Source: a virus
DNA length: 64,000 bases
Strand: one strand, 5' to 3'
IMG/VR virus record: IMGVR_UViG_3300021197_001521
Span: 1-64,000 of that record
Shown: piece by piece, positions 56,262 through 64,000 of the stretch
How the letters are laid out: each line of letters starts with the position of its first letter
Numbering within the stretch: the first letter of the stretch is position 1
The notes under the pieces: model-generated
Told to the model about the DNA's origin: nothing
Database searches by the model: none
What the model saw: only the letters and a program-made list of their open reading frames with translations
Program-made: the position numbers and the translations under genes

Positions 56262-57233
56262 TTATATCCCCTTGTAAGCTCTATCAAAAACGTTATTCCA
56301 TTTAGTTATAAATTCTTGCTCTGAGAATTTTTCTTCTATAGTTTTTCTTGCCTCCGCACCCATTTTAGCAGCAAGCGGTTTGTCTTCAAGTAATTGCTCG
56401 CAGTAAGATCTAAGATCTTCTTCGTCGTTAGAAATAAATCCATTAACGCCATGTTCGATAAAGTCAGGTATTGCACAAGTCTCTGTTGTGACAATAGCAC
56501 AACCGCAAGACATTGCTTCTAACATAGACGTAGGAACTGGACTCAAAACGCTTGGGTTTATATAAACTAGAGCATTTTGGTATGCTTTGATTAAATGTTC
56601 CACAGATTCACTTTGACTAGAAAGACCTTCTGTTTCCCCTACAACTACCCTGTCTAAACCTTTTGTAATTCTTTCCCAACCTTGATAGTTCAGCGCATAG
56701 TCTCTTTTTATGAAATCATGAGCAACCGTCAGGATCTTACTCCTATCTGCACCATCGTCCGGTTTAAAGATGTTGGTATCTACGGAATGCTCAATTACAT
56801 CGCCGTCCATACCCCATTTTCCTTTAGAGTAATTTGTTATAAAAATATTATAATCACCCCTCATTGATAGAAACTGATTTAGGGTTTCTTGAGGCCACTG
56901 TGGTATAGGAAGCGTATGCTCCAAGGATATCAAAGGTATCTGTAATGTGTCATTTATTTTTTGTGCAACTTGATATTGACCGAATTTACTATGCGAAAGT
57001 ATCATGTCAAAGACTATATTTGGAACATTATTTTTACCTAGTTGGTAGCAGTTTTCCGGCATTTTTCCATGACCTTCATACCAATCTTTTCCTTCTTCAT
57101 GGTTAAATGAATAGAAGTTATGACCCGTTTTTGCCAGTTGAGTTTGGTATCTTTCATGGGCATTGAAGGTTAGTATGTTGTACTTTGTTTTATTTCTGTT
57201 TGCTTTGTCTATAATGCTGATTTGCCTACGCAT
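56262..57233 (-). CDS. Glycosyltransferase family 4
   Basis: VYINPS..SPVPTSMLEAMSCGCAIVTT, HGVNGF, MG.EAR..I..KFS. Confidence 0.9.
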   Translation of the reverse strand: MRRQISIIDKANRNKTKYNILTFNAHERYQTQLAKTGHNFYSFNHEEGKDWYEGHGKMPENCYQLGKNNVPNIVFDMILSHSKFGQYQVAQKINDTLQIPLISLEHTLPIPQWPQETLNQFLSMRGDYNIFITNYSKGKWGMDGDVIEHSVDTNIFKPDDGADRSKILTVAHDFIKRDYALNYQGWERITKGLDRVVVGETEGLSSQSESVEHLIKAYQNALVYINPSVLSPVPTSMLEAMSCGCAIVTTETCAIPDFIEHGVNGFISNDEEDLRSYCEQLLEDKPLAAKMGAEARKTIEEKFSEQEFITKWNNVFDRAYKGI

Positions 57234-58317
57234 TTAACACCTCCTTTACAGTGTTTCCAAAGGACTCTTGAGAAAATTTTTCTGCTTTTTCTAGTCCCTG
57301 TTTTCTTCTTTCAATATGAATCATAGGATCTTTCAACCAGTCGTCATACAATTGTCTCATCGTTTGTCTCATTCCCATCTCGCAAGGATTGAAAACGAAA
57401 TTCTTTGCGTTATATACGTCTTTCCACATTGAGTCTGATCTTTCTATTGTCTTGTATACAGATTTGACTACCGCCTCATCTGCATACTCTGCCGCATCTG
57501 TTCCTTCTAGCACTACAGGAACGCTTCCTAAGCACAATGCGTCGAATACACTTGAAGGGAGGCATCTTTGATTAGAAGGCGTTACGAAGCAATCTCCGTA
57601 TTGATGAAGTTGATAAATTGATTCAGGGTTTTGACCTCTTTGTACAACCATGTCTAGCAAGCAATCGCTTAGGTCTTCTTGATTACTAATTTTTTTCTTC
57701 AGTTCATGTTTTTTTATGTCTAATGATTGCTGCGTTTCCCCGCCTACTAACTGTAGTATTAGTGCAGTGTTATCGCCCTTGTCGAATTCTGAATGAAAAC
57801 ATCTGAGAATAGTTTCTGTTTGATCGTCATAGGCATCTACCACGGTATAAAACTTAAATTTACCCGTAAGCTCTGGCACTTGAATTTCTTTATAATTTTT
57901 TGTATAAAGACTTTTATCAAAGCAGTGCGGCACTACAACAGTTTTATCTTTTATTTTTTTAGGCATCGAATCTTTCGCTATTTCGCTGGCAACCCAAATC
58001 TGATCTAATTGATTTAGTTGTTCTGCCCAACTAGAATGATCTAATGTTACAAATTCATTTCCAAATATTGCAATATTTTTTTCAAATTTATCTGTTCCTA
58101 CTAGATGTTCTGGAAACACATGTTGAATACAGACATCACAATCGTCCAAGGATTTATCTTCTAGGTGACTTATTTCTTTGGGTGTCTGATTGCCAGAAAA
58201 CGAAATTGCCCTACATACAACATCAAAACCTGCTTTATCAAGCGCTAAAATATTATTGGTGGCATATCTACCCCAATCGCTCGCTTCTCTGTAATATCCA
58301 ATATACAATACCTTCAT
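57226..58317 (-). CDS. Glycosyltransferase family 4-like
   Basis: MKVLYIG, DQIWVAS, VVPH.FD, GDCFVTPS...FDALCLG (the ExFG/E motif is degenerate). Confidence 0.7.
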   Translation of the reverse strand: MKVLYIGYYREASDWGRYATNNILALDKAGFDVVCRAISFSGNQTPKEISHLEDKSLDDCDVCIQHVFPEHLVGTDKFEKNIAIFGNEFVTLDHSSWAEQLNQLDQIWVASEIAKDSMPKKIKDKTVVVPHCFDKSLYTKNYKEIQVPELTGKFKFYTVVDAYDDQTETILRCFHSEFDKGDNTALILQLVGGETQQSLDIKKHELKKKISNQEDLSDCLLDMVVQRGQNPESIYQLHQYGDCFVTPSNQRCLPSSVFDALCLGSVPVVLEGTDAAEYADEAVVKSVYKTIERSDSMWKDVYNAKNFVFNPCEMGMRQTMRQLYDDWLKDPMIHIERRKQGLEKAEKFSQESFGNTVKEVLNA

Positions 58318-58331
58318 TAGGCTCTCCCGAC

Positions 58332-59207
58332 TTATAAATGAATAATTTTATTTGTGTCAAAAAAATGGTTCAATACATCTGGTTTTTTCTGGTTTAAAAT
58401 CCAGTCAATATCTTCTCTGTCTATCTCTTCTTTTCTATTGTCTCTTGAGTAAGTGTTTACGGAATTATTTTTCATTCTATAAGATAGAATTGTTTCTCCA
58501 TTGTATAAACAGGTCGCAGGACATCCAATCCAAGTTTCGTGATTATTTACAATAAAAAAGTTAGCAGAACATTTTAAATGAGTAGAAACCCCACCAGCGT
58601 TTCCTAAACAAACAACACAGTTTGAAAGCATAAAATACGAAAGCATTTCACTGTATGTGGTAGTCGATACTTCTTCGTAATTATCACTAAAACTAAGGTT
58701 GGGTTTTTCTATCGTCAAATTAATAACATATGCATCGTTCTGTAAAATTTTTGCTATATAATCTTCAAGCAAATTATTTCTAAATCCCGTTATAGGATTG
58801 TTGATATTTCTAGCGCTTATAACTACTATAGGTTTATCTATTTTTTCTAGTTTGTTCTTTATTAAAGTATAGTCGTGTTCTAAAGGTTTATTTGTTCCAA
58901 ACCCCTTCTCTTGAATCGTTTTATTTATATATGTAAAATTTCTTTTGTAAACATGTGTCTTGTCTTCATCAAAGTCTGCTCTATATGTAACGTTATTATT
59001 ATCATACCAACTTCGTAAATGATTACAAGATGAATTGTTCTTGCCGTCTATTAAGATTTTATCAAACGACTCAAATAAAACTAAAAAGTTATATCCTGCA
59101 TAAGTATAATACTCTTCGTCTATTTTTCTGTTGTGTGATAAAAAATTATTGCTTATGTCGCAGTAATTAAACTCGTCATATGAATACGGAAGCGAAATCT
59201 TATTCAT
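58332..59207 (-). CDS. Hypothetical GT-B-like protein
   Basis: VVISAR...RN and SNCVVCLGNAGGVSTH resemble GT9-like C-domains; very AT-rich. Confidence 0.4.
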   Translation of the reverse strand: MNKISLPYSYDEFNYCDISNNFLSHNRKIDEEYYTYAGYNFLVLFESFDKILIDGKNNSSCNHLRSWYDNNNVTYRADFDEDKTHVYKRNFTYINKTIQEKGFGTNKPLEHDYTLIKNKLEKIDKPIVVISARNINNPITGFRNNLLEDYIAKILQNDAYVINLTIEKPNLSFSDNYEEVSTTTYSEMLSYFMLSNCVVCLGNAGGVSTHLKCSANFFIVNNHETWIGCPATCLYNGETILSYRMKNNSVNTYSRDNRKEEIDREDIDWILNQKKPDVLNHFFDTNKIIHL

Positions 59208-59967
59208 TTTTTAATGGATAGTTTAAAATAAAACTCATCCCCCCTGAATTAAACTCTCCATGAAAACCGAAAGACTCATAACTTATTAGCATGTTTCTTG
59301 CAAAATATCTATACGGCGTTGGGTGTTCTACAGAAAACTGTGCTGCTAACTCAGGCGGGGCAAATCTTATACCTGCTTGTGTCATTCTGTCATAGTTAAA
59401 TACGCATATGTTTAAGTCTTCATTCTTATGTTCCCACCCAAGTTTGGCAGACTCTTCTACAAATTTTCTAGTTCGCAAAGAGAATCCACCATTACCCACA
59501 ACATTTGGAATATTATCTATTCTTCCAGCAACCATGTCCGTTGCTTGGATTATATGCATGGGCCAAGGCGCGCCTATGTAGTCGTAGTCTAAATACTGGT
59601 CTGTCCACTTATTACTATCTATAATAGTAGAATCATGCTGAACATTCAAGCAAAAATCATCTGTAATGTATTTATTTGTTTGTTGAACAAAAGATTCACA
59701 GAAACCTATTCTGTTTTCATCATCGTTTTGTAGGTTGTCATTAAGGTCTACTTTCATGTCGTAGACTTCTATGTTATTCTTGTTGATGATTTTTTCAAAC
59801 AAAGACAACTGAGTTTTACTACTATCTGTAATTAAGACACTACGCTTAAAATCTACCTGATCCATAGCAATCAACATAGATCTAAGAGATTTTTCTACAT
59901 GTTCTGTACCCCAGCAAAATGTAAATACTGTTACGTCTGGTAGTTGTAACTTATTTCCAATAGTCAT
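59200..59967 (-). CDS. DUF5672 family protein (predicted glycosyltransferase fold)
   Basis: LNVQHDS, YDYIGAPW, VGNGGFSLRTRK, NED, A.QFSVE, FGFHG. Confidence 0.85.
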   Translation of the reverse strand: MTIGNKLQLPDVTVFTFCWGTEHVEKSLRSMLIAMDQVDFKRSVLITDSSKTQLSLFEKIINKNNIEVYDMKVDLNDNLQNDDENRIGFCESFVQQTNKYITDDFCLNVQHDSTIIDSNKWTDQYLDYDYIGAPWPMHIIQATDMVAGRIDNIPNVVGNGGFSLRTRKFVEESAKLGWEHKNEDLNICVFNYDRMTQAGIRFAPPELAAQFSVEHPTPYRYFARNMLISYESFGFHGEFNSGGMSFILNYPLKNE

Positions 59968-60970
59968 AAATACCCTTCGTTGTTTCGTAATCCATTACCT
60001 TTTGTTCGCGTTTAGGTTGGGTCATCGCCCACCTGAACATCTCATCAATTGTTTCCTCTAGGTTGGTGTCGTCGCTAAAGCCTAACATTTCTTTTGCTTT
60101 TGCGTGATCGCAATGCGCATGTTTAACTTCGTGCCGACCTTCTACATGTTTTTTATCTGCTTGAAAACCATTTTTTAAAGCTACACGCTGCACTGTATCT
60201 GCCAGTTGGTTTATTGAGTATGCTTTGTCTGCTCCAATGTTAAAAATTTCTTTATCGTGACTATCAATCAGTTTTTCAAAAGGTTCCATGTAGTATTTGA
60301 TATCAGAGAACGCGCGAGTCTGCTCTCCGTCTCCGTAGATTAACATAGGTTCGCCAGCAAGTATACGTCTAATAAAAATACCTACAACGTTACGATATTT
60401 ATCCCAAATGTTTTGGTATATACCTACGACATTGTGTGGACGAACAATATTATAACGAAGACCGTGTTGATCGTGTGCAACCTTTAGGTCCATCTCTACG
60501 GTATATTTTGCAATACCATATGGATCAATTGGCACTGGTCCCATCGTTTCTGTAAATGGAGGATGATGATTACCGTAAACTGCCATAGAACTGGTAAAGA
60601 TCATTTTTACGTCATGATTGATACACGCATTGATTAGGTTAACACTTGCTAAAACATTATTTGTATAATTATAATGTCTGATAAATGGCGACAACCCTTC
60701 TGCTGCATAAGCAGCAAAATGATAACACGCTACAATGTCACGGTTAGGGTCAGCAAAAATATGCTCTAATGCCCTTGGAGTCCCTTCGCTTTTACTGAGG
60801 TGTAGCGGCCAAAACTCAAACTGCTCTAACGTGGTTTCTTTGGGAAGATAATCTTCATAACTGCCGCTAAGATCATCAATACCTATAACCTTGTAACCCT
60901 TTTTGATTAGGTGACGAGTTAGGTGCGAACCAAGCAGTCCTGCGCATCCAGTTATCACAACTTCTTTCAT
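59951..60970 (-). CDS. NAD-dependent nucleotide-sugar epimerase/dehydratase (extended SDR)
   Basis: TGCAGLLG, IDDLSG, TSSMAVYG, PYGIAK (YxxxK), RPHNVVG, YGDGEQTRAF. Confidence 0.92.
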   Translation of the reverse strand: MKEVVITGCAGLLGSHLTRHLIKKGYKVIGIDDLSGSYEDYLPKETTLEQFEFWPLHLSKSEGTPRALEHIFADPNRDIVACYHFAAYAAEGLSPFIRHYNYTNNVLASVNLINACINHDVKMIFTSSMAVYGNHHPPFTETMGPVPIDPYGIAKYTVEMDLKVAHDQHGLRYNIVRPHNVVGIYQNIWDKYRNVVGIFIRRILAGEPMLIYGDGEQTRAFSDIKYYMEPFEKLIDSHDKEIFNIGADKAYSINQLADTVQRVALKNGFQADKKHVEGRHEVKHAHCDHAKAKEMLGFSDDTNLEETIDEMFRWAMTQPKREQKVMDYETTKGIYDYWK

Positions 60971-62652
60971 TTAGACATCCCCTGCACCTGTTGCATTCTT
61001 TGTATTCTAGCTCTTTCCCATTGATTTCTTCTTTCGCATAGCATCTTCATCTGATCGTATGCTACATCAAAATTAAAAGGTTGCCTAGAATGAACGCCAT
61101 CAAATGCAGCAGAAGATTCGTTAAAGTACATACCGCCCGTTGAGGACGTTGCTTGTTTGTAGGTCAAGTCCCTTGTTAACCTAGACTCCATAAAAGTGCC
61201 TAGTTTATCAGGTTCTCTTAAAACATTTGTTATCAACCATCTTGACAGGTCGCTAGGTTTAATGTTATTGTTAGAAACATCCAACTTTTGATCTGATTCA
61301 ATTACCCTTGGACCTGACCCCCAACTTTGTTCAAGTGGAATTGGATCTGTTTGATCAAAGTAGTTCTCCCATACAGAACCACTTAAATGCCACTGATAAT
61401 ATTTTTCAAAGTTTTCTCTGGTTTGCTTGCCTTCTGCTTCTCTTTCTTCGTCTGATTTGCTGAAAAAATCCAAGAAATAGTTAGCAGCTTCTTGATTGTC
61501 TGGAACCGCACGTAAACATCCAGTTTCTAATTCTTTGTACAAAGCCGCTGGCTTAATGGGGTATCCGCCTAACTTCCTTAAAACACTTTCCATAGCAGAA
61601 TAATCTGTTCCGCAGACGGGAACCCCACAAGCCGCAGCTTCTACTTGAGGTAGTCCAAACCCTTCACAGTTTGCATACTGGGCGTACAGGTCAAACAAGT
61701 TCACCACGTTAGACAAATCTTCGTAACTTAGTCCATTTTTAACATTTGAAAGAGTTGCTCCCCACCTTCCTGTGTACGGAGATTGACATATCGCCCCTTT
61801 GAATGTAGAGGGAAATGGTTTTTTTGTTTCTGGACATATGTAAGTAAATAAAACGTTTGAAGACAGTTTATATTCTTGTATTAGTTCTGGAATCTCCCAA
61901 CCTAAATCTGGATAGGAGGTATGGCAGTACAGATAATACTTTTTGTTTTCTGACATATCCAAGAATTTACGGAAAGCTTCAAACAAATCTGGATACAACT
62001 TGCGTCTTTGGTTACGCATTACTGTTCCAATAATTTTGTACTCTGGATCTAAACCAAAGTTGAGTTTGTGCATACGCTTGTCTTCTACTGGACTGTAGGC
62101 AGGGTGCGCAGACGGAGGCGCGCTTCCAAGGTAATTTATTTTACCTCCAGATTGATTTTCTAATACGCCGCCCGCCCAGTCTGAATAAGTAAGACAGGCA
62201 TCTGCTCCTGCGTAAGTAGCAATCCACTGTCTTGCTTGAGGTCTTGCGTCTACCGTTGGCATTACCACCCATTTAAAAAACGGTCTAAACGGAGATCTTT
62301 CTGCAAAGTCTAGCATCCAGAAATCTCGAATGTCACACACAAAGTCTGGCAAAAAATCTAAGCAGACATGCTCAAACGCCCATTCTCCAAACTGATTTGT
62401 GGGTCTAGAGTTGTATGCTTCCAGTTCTTCTGGGGATGCTTTTGGTTCACAGTTTTGGTTAGGCATTACTCCGTAAAACTTCCAAGGAATGTTCGCTGCC
62501 CTTGGATCATTCTTTTCTCCGTATGCTGCCATCTCAGCAATTTCATACTTGCCAGTGCTGTGCAAATAGTTTAAAATCTCTCTAGTATAAGTTGCATACC
62601 CTGTGTTTAGAAAGGTAGCTTCACTGCAAAACAGAATTCTTTTCTTTCTCAT
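60967..62652 (-). CDS. Glycosyltransferase family 4, large
   Basis: TGYATY, RNQRRK, LYCHT, EGFGLPQVEAAACGVP. Confidence 0.9.
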   Translation of the reverse strand: MRKKRILFCSEATFLNTGYATYTREILNYLHSTGKYEIAEMAAYGEKNDPRAANIPWKFYGVMPNQNCEPKASPEELEAYNSRPTNQFGEWAFEHVCLDFLPDFVCDIRDFWMLDFAERSPFRPFFKWVVMPTVDARPQARQWIATYAGADACLTYSDWAGGVLENQSGGKINYLGSAPPSAHPAYSPVEDKRMHKLNFGLDPEYKIIGTVMRNQRRKLYPDLFEAFRKFLDMSENKKYYLYCHTSYPDLGWEIPELIQEYKLSSNVLFTYICPETKKPFPSTFKGAICQSPYTGRWGATLSNVKNGLSYEDLSNVVNLFDLYAQYANCEGFGLPQVEAAACGVPVCGTDYSAMESVLRKLGGYPIKPAALYKELETGCLRAVPDNQEAANYFLDFFSKSDEEREAEGKQTRENFEKYYQWHLSGSVWENYFDQTDPIPLEQSWGSGPRVIESDQKLDVSNNNIKPSDLSRWLITNVLREPDKLGTFMESRLTRDLTYKQATSSTGGMYFNESSAAFDGVHSRQPFNFDVAYDQMKMLCERRNQWERARIQRMQQVQGMSK

Positions 62653-62653
62653 C

Positions 62654-62974
62654 TTATTCCTTATCTAAACAACCAAAATCAAATTCGTTAATTCTAAATG
62701 TAATATCGTCTGTGGCGTCTGTTTTCATTACGCCGTTTCTCGCGGAGGCATAAACAGTCATCTTAGTTCCTTTCTTTCCAAGTTTAGCAATCGTCTCTGC
62801 GCCACTTGCCCACGCTTGCAGCGTGATAGTTGTTGAAACTTTCTTCTTTTCTCCACGTTTATTTTTACGATATTCGTAAGTTATCATTTTTACAGTGCAG
62901 CAGGCTGGTCCGTCATCACCACCCTCTACCTGTGGGTCATGTAAAAGATACCCAGTAAAAGTGCAATTATTCAT
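62654..62974 (-). CDS. ssb: Single-stranded DNA-binding protein (OB fold)
   Basis: MNNCTFTGYL.DP...AW...AETIAK..KKG; GGAG RBS before the ATG at 62974. The ORF-track TTG start at 63034 overlaps the promoter. Confidence 0.75.
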   Translation of the reverse strand: MNNCTFTGYLLHDPQVEGGDDGPACCTVKMITYEYRKNKRGEKKKVSTTITLQAWASGAETIAKLGKKGTKMTVYASARNGVMKTDATDDITFRINEFDFGCLDKE

Positions 62975-63005
62975 CAATTTCTCCAATAAGACTGTCTTAC
63001 TTAAT

Positions 63006-63034
63006 ATTATAGTATATAACTTAAAAAAAGTCAA
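63006..63034 (-). promoter_or_regulatory. Sigma70-type promoter upstream of ssb and the glycan cluster
   Basis: - strand TTGACT (63034-63029), 17-nt spacer, TATAAT (63011-63006). Confidence 0.85.
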
Positions 63035-64000
63035 TTATATTTCGTGTATTTTATTAATAATAAACGAACCGTCTTTTTCTACCTCTCCGCAGAATAATAA
63101 GTTAAGACCTTCATCTAGTATATATTTAGTCTTCTCTGTAGTCTCTGGAAAGACCACCACATTATCAATAGAGCAAGTTTCATCTTCCAGTGTCAGGAAA
63201 CACATATCTTTACCTTTGCTCTTGCCTTTTTTGCATTTATATTTCTGCAATCTACTAACATTTGCTACTATACAGATATCTTTACCGTGTTTTCCATTTA
63301 GTATTTCTTTACACGAAGTATTTGAGTGCGATGTGTCAGACGCTTCTACTTTAGACAGCGAGACAGGGCATCCCAAGAATTTCTTTTCTTGTTCCACAAT
63401 CCATTCTGGATCATCCGATAGGTCATAGGGAGGGTTCTCTATAAAGAACATTTCGTTCTCAATGATTTGCTTCCTATCGACCTTACTAGTTCCACCGCCT
63501 TCCTTTTTTGTGGGCGCTAGATCTTTAAACGCATCATAAAGATTGTCCCATTTGCGTACAGGATAATTTATTGTTAACCATTTAAGTTCTGCTTTTGTTA
63601 AGTTTTTAAATATCAAATATTCATAAAGAGCTTTATTCCTAGTAACTCCAATAGACTTGGTGGAAAAGAATCCGACAGAACATAGTGCTTTAAATGCAGT
63701 TGCATTAATTTTAGGAGATAAGTATACAAGAACATCCATCCAGTTAAATTCTTTTGGTTTCTTGTTTATGTCTTTACAGGTTTCTGATACTGCCTTTATG
63801 ACTTTATCGCCATTAACACCCGTTAGCGACTTAATGTCTTTAAGACCGAAGTACAAGTTGTTCTTATAAACTCCAAAAGTCTTGTTAAATAAAGTCAAAT
63901 TAGGAATTTTTACTTCTATGTCAAATAACTTTGCTTCAGATACAAGTTCGTAAACTTCTTGATGTGGGTCTTGCTTTTCATTCGCATAGGTTAGGTATGA
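63035..64000 (-). CDS. dnaE: DNA polymerase III alpha subunit, C-terminal part (runs off window)
   Basis: Frame open to base 64000 (ELVSEAKLFDIEVKIPN); YFGLKDIK HhH; EKKFLGCPVS; OB fold KGKDMCFLTLEDET...VVFP. Confidence 0.85.
   Translation of the reverse strand, partial: SYLTYANEKQDPHQEVYELVSEAKLFDIEVKIPNLTLFNKTFGVYKNNLYFGLKDIKSLTGVNGDKVIKAVSETCKDINKKPKEFNWMDVLVYLSPKINATAFKALCSVGFFSTKSIGVTRNKALYEYLIFKNLTKAELKWLTINYPVRKWDNLYDAFKDLAPTKKEGGGTSKVDRKQIIENEMFFIENPPYDLSDDPEWIVEQEKKFLGCPVSLSKVEASDTSHSNTSCKEILNGKHGKDICIVANVSRLQKYKCKKGKSKGKDMCFLTLEDETCSIDNVVVFPETTEKTKYILDEGLNLLFCGEVEKDGSFIINKIHEI

Noticed and set aside
59951-60970. UDP-xylose synthase call, which would match the Ser-Gly/xylose analogy
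   Set aside because: It lacks the UXS-type STSEVYG and YDEGKR motifs (has SSMAVYG and YGIAK); only a generic SDR epimerase call is supported.
46017-62652. Bacterial O-antigen/capsule locus (host DNA or prophage flank)
   Set aside because: No membrane proteins (Wzx/Wzy/ABC transporter/initiating transferase) are present, and the cluster is embedded between phage-type dnaE/ssb and annealase genes.
62975-63034. N-terminal extension of SSB from the TTG at 63034
   Set aside because: It overlaps the -35/-10 promoter. The ATG at 62974 has a GGAG RBS and matches the SSB N-terminus.
1471-63869. Many 60-180 aa antisense or alternate-frame ORFs in the ORF track
   Set aside because: They lie within long, motif-supported genes and have no recognisable motifs; they are shadow ORFs.
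1-64000. Alternative genetic code, CRISPR array, tRNA, intron/intein, DGR, contractile sheath
   Set aside because: TAA, TAG and TGA all end genes and coding density is near complete. No spaced direct repeats, cloverleafs, Hint, reverse transcriptase or sheath motifs were seen by eye.
1-64000. Host assignment
   Set aside because: Shine-Dalgarno use and a sigma70 promoter indicate a bacterial host but do not identify a phylum.

Overview
A gene-dense, AT-rich segment of a large tailed dsDNA bacteriophage genome using the standard bacterial code. Two modules converge at about 44.1 kb. The + strand (1-44108) is a siphovirus-type morphogenesis module with no sheath gene seen. It holds the C-terminus of a polysaccharide-pyruvyl-transferase-like gene, small structural and neck genes, tail terminator, tail tube, chaperones, a 1991-aa tape measure protein, a 5387-aa multi-domain tail protein, and large tail-tip/hub proteins. 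The - strand (44167-64000) runs from a DnaE-type polymerase (off the window edge) through a near-consensus sigma70 promoter, SSB, and a contiguous ~16.6-kb cluster of about 17 glycan-biosynthesis genes. That cluster has GT2, GT4, GT7-like, GT10-like, GT11, DUF5672, an SDR epimerase, a ColD-like dehydratase plus an Fcl/ColC-like reductase, and several degenerate enzyme-like ORFs. It is followed by a DUF559-type endonuclease, a Rad52-like annealing protein and a Zn-ribbon protein. Main hypotheses: (1) a phage-encoded virion O-glycosylation system, because several predicted surface virion proteins are strongly and directionally enriched in Ser-Gly and the genome carries a colitose/fucose-type glycan pathway; (2) a tape measure protein carrying a PD-(D/E)XK nuclease-like cargo between duplicated ~65-aa modules; (3) a recurring GTGTATA(AT) candidate late promoter. 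All annotations come from motif recognition by eye, and all counts are hand counts. No tRNA, rRNA, CRISPR array or IS element was seen.
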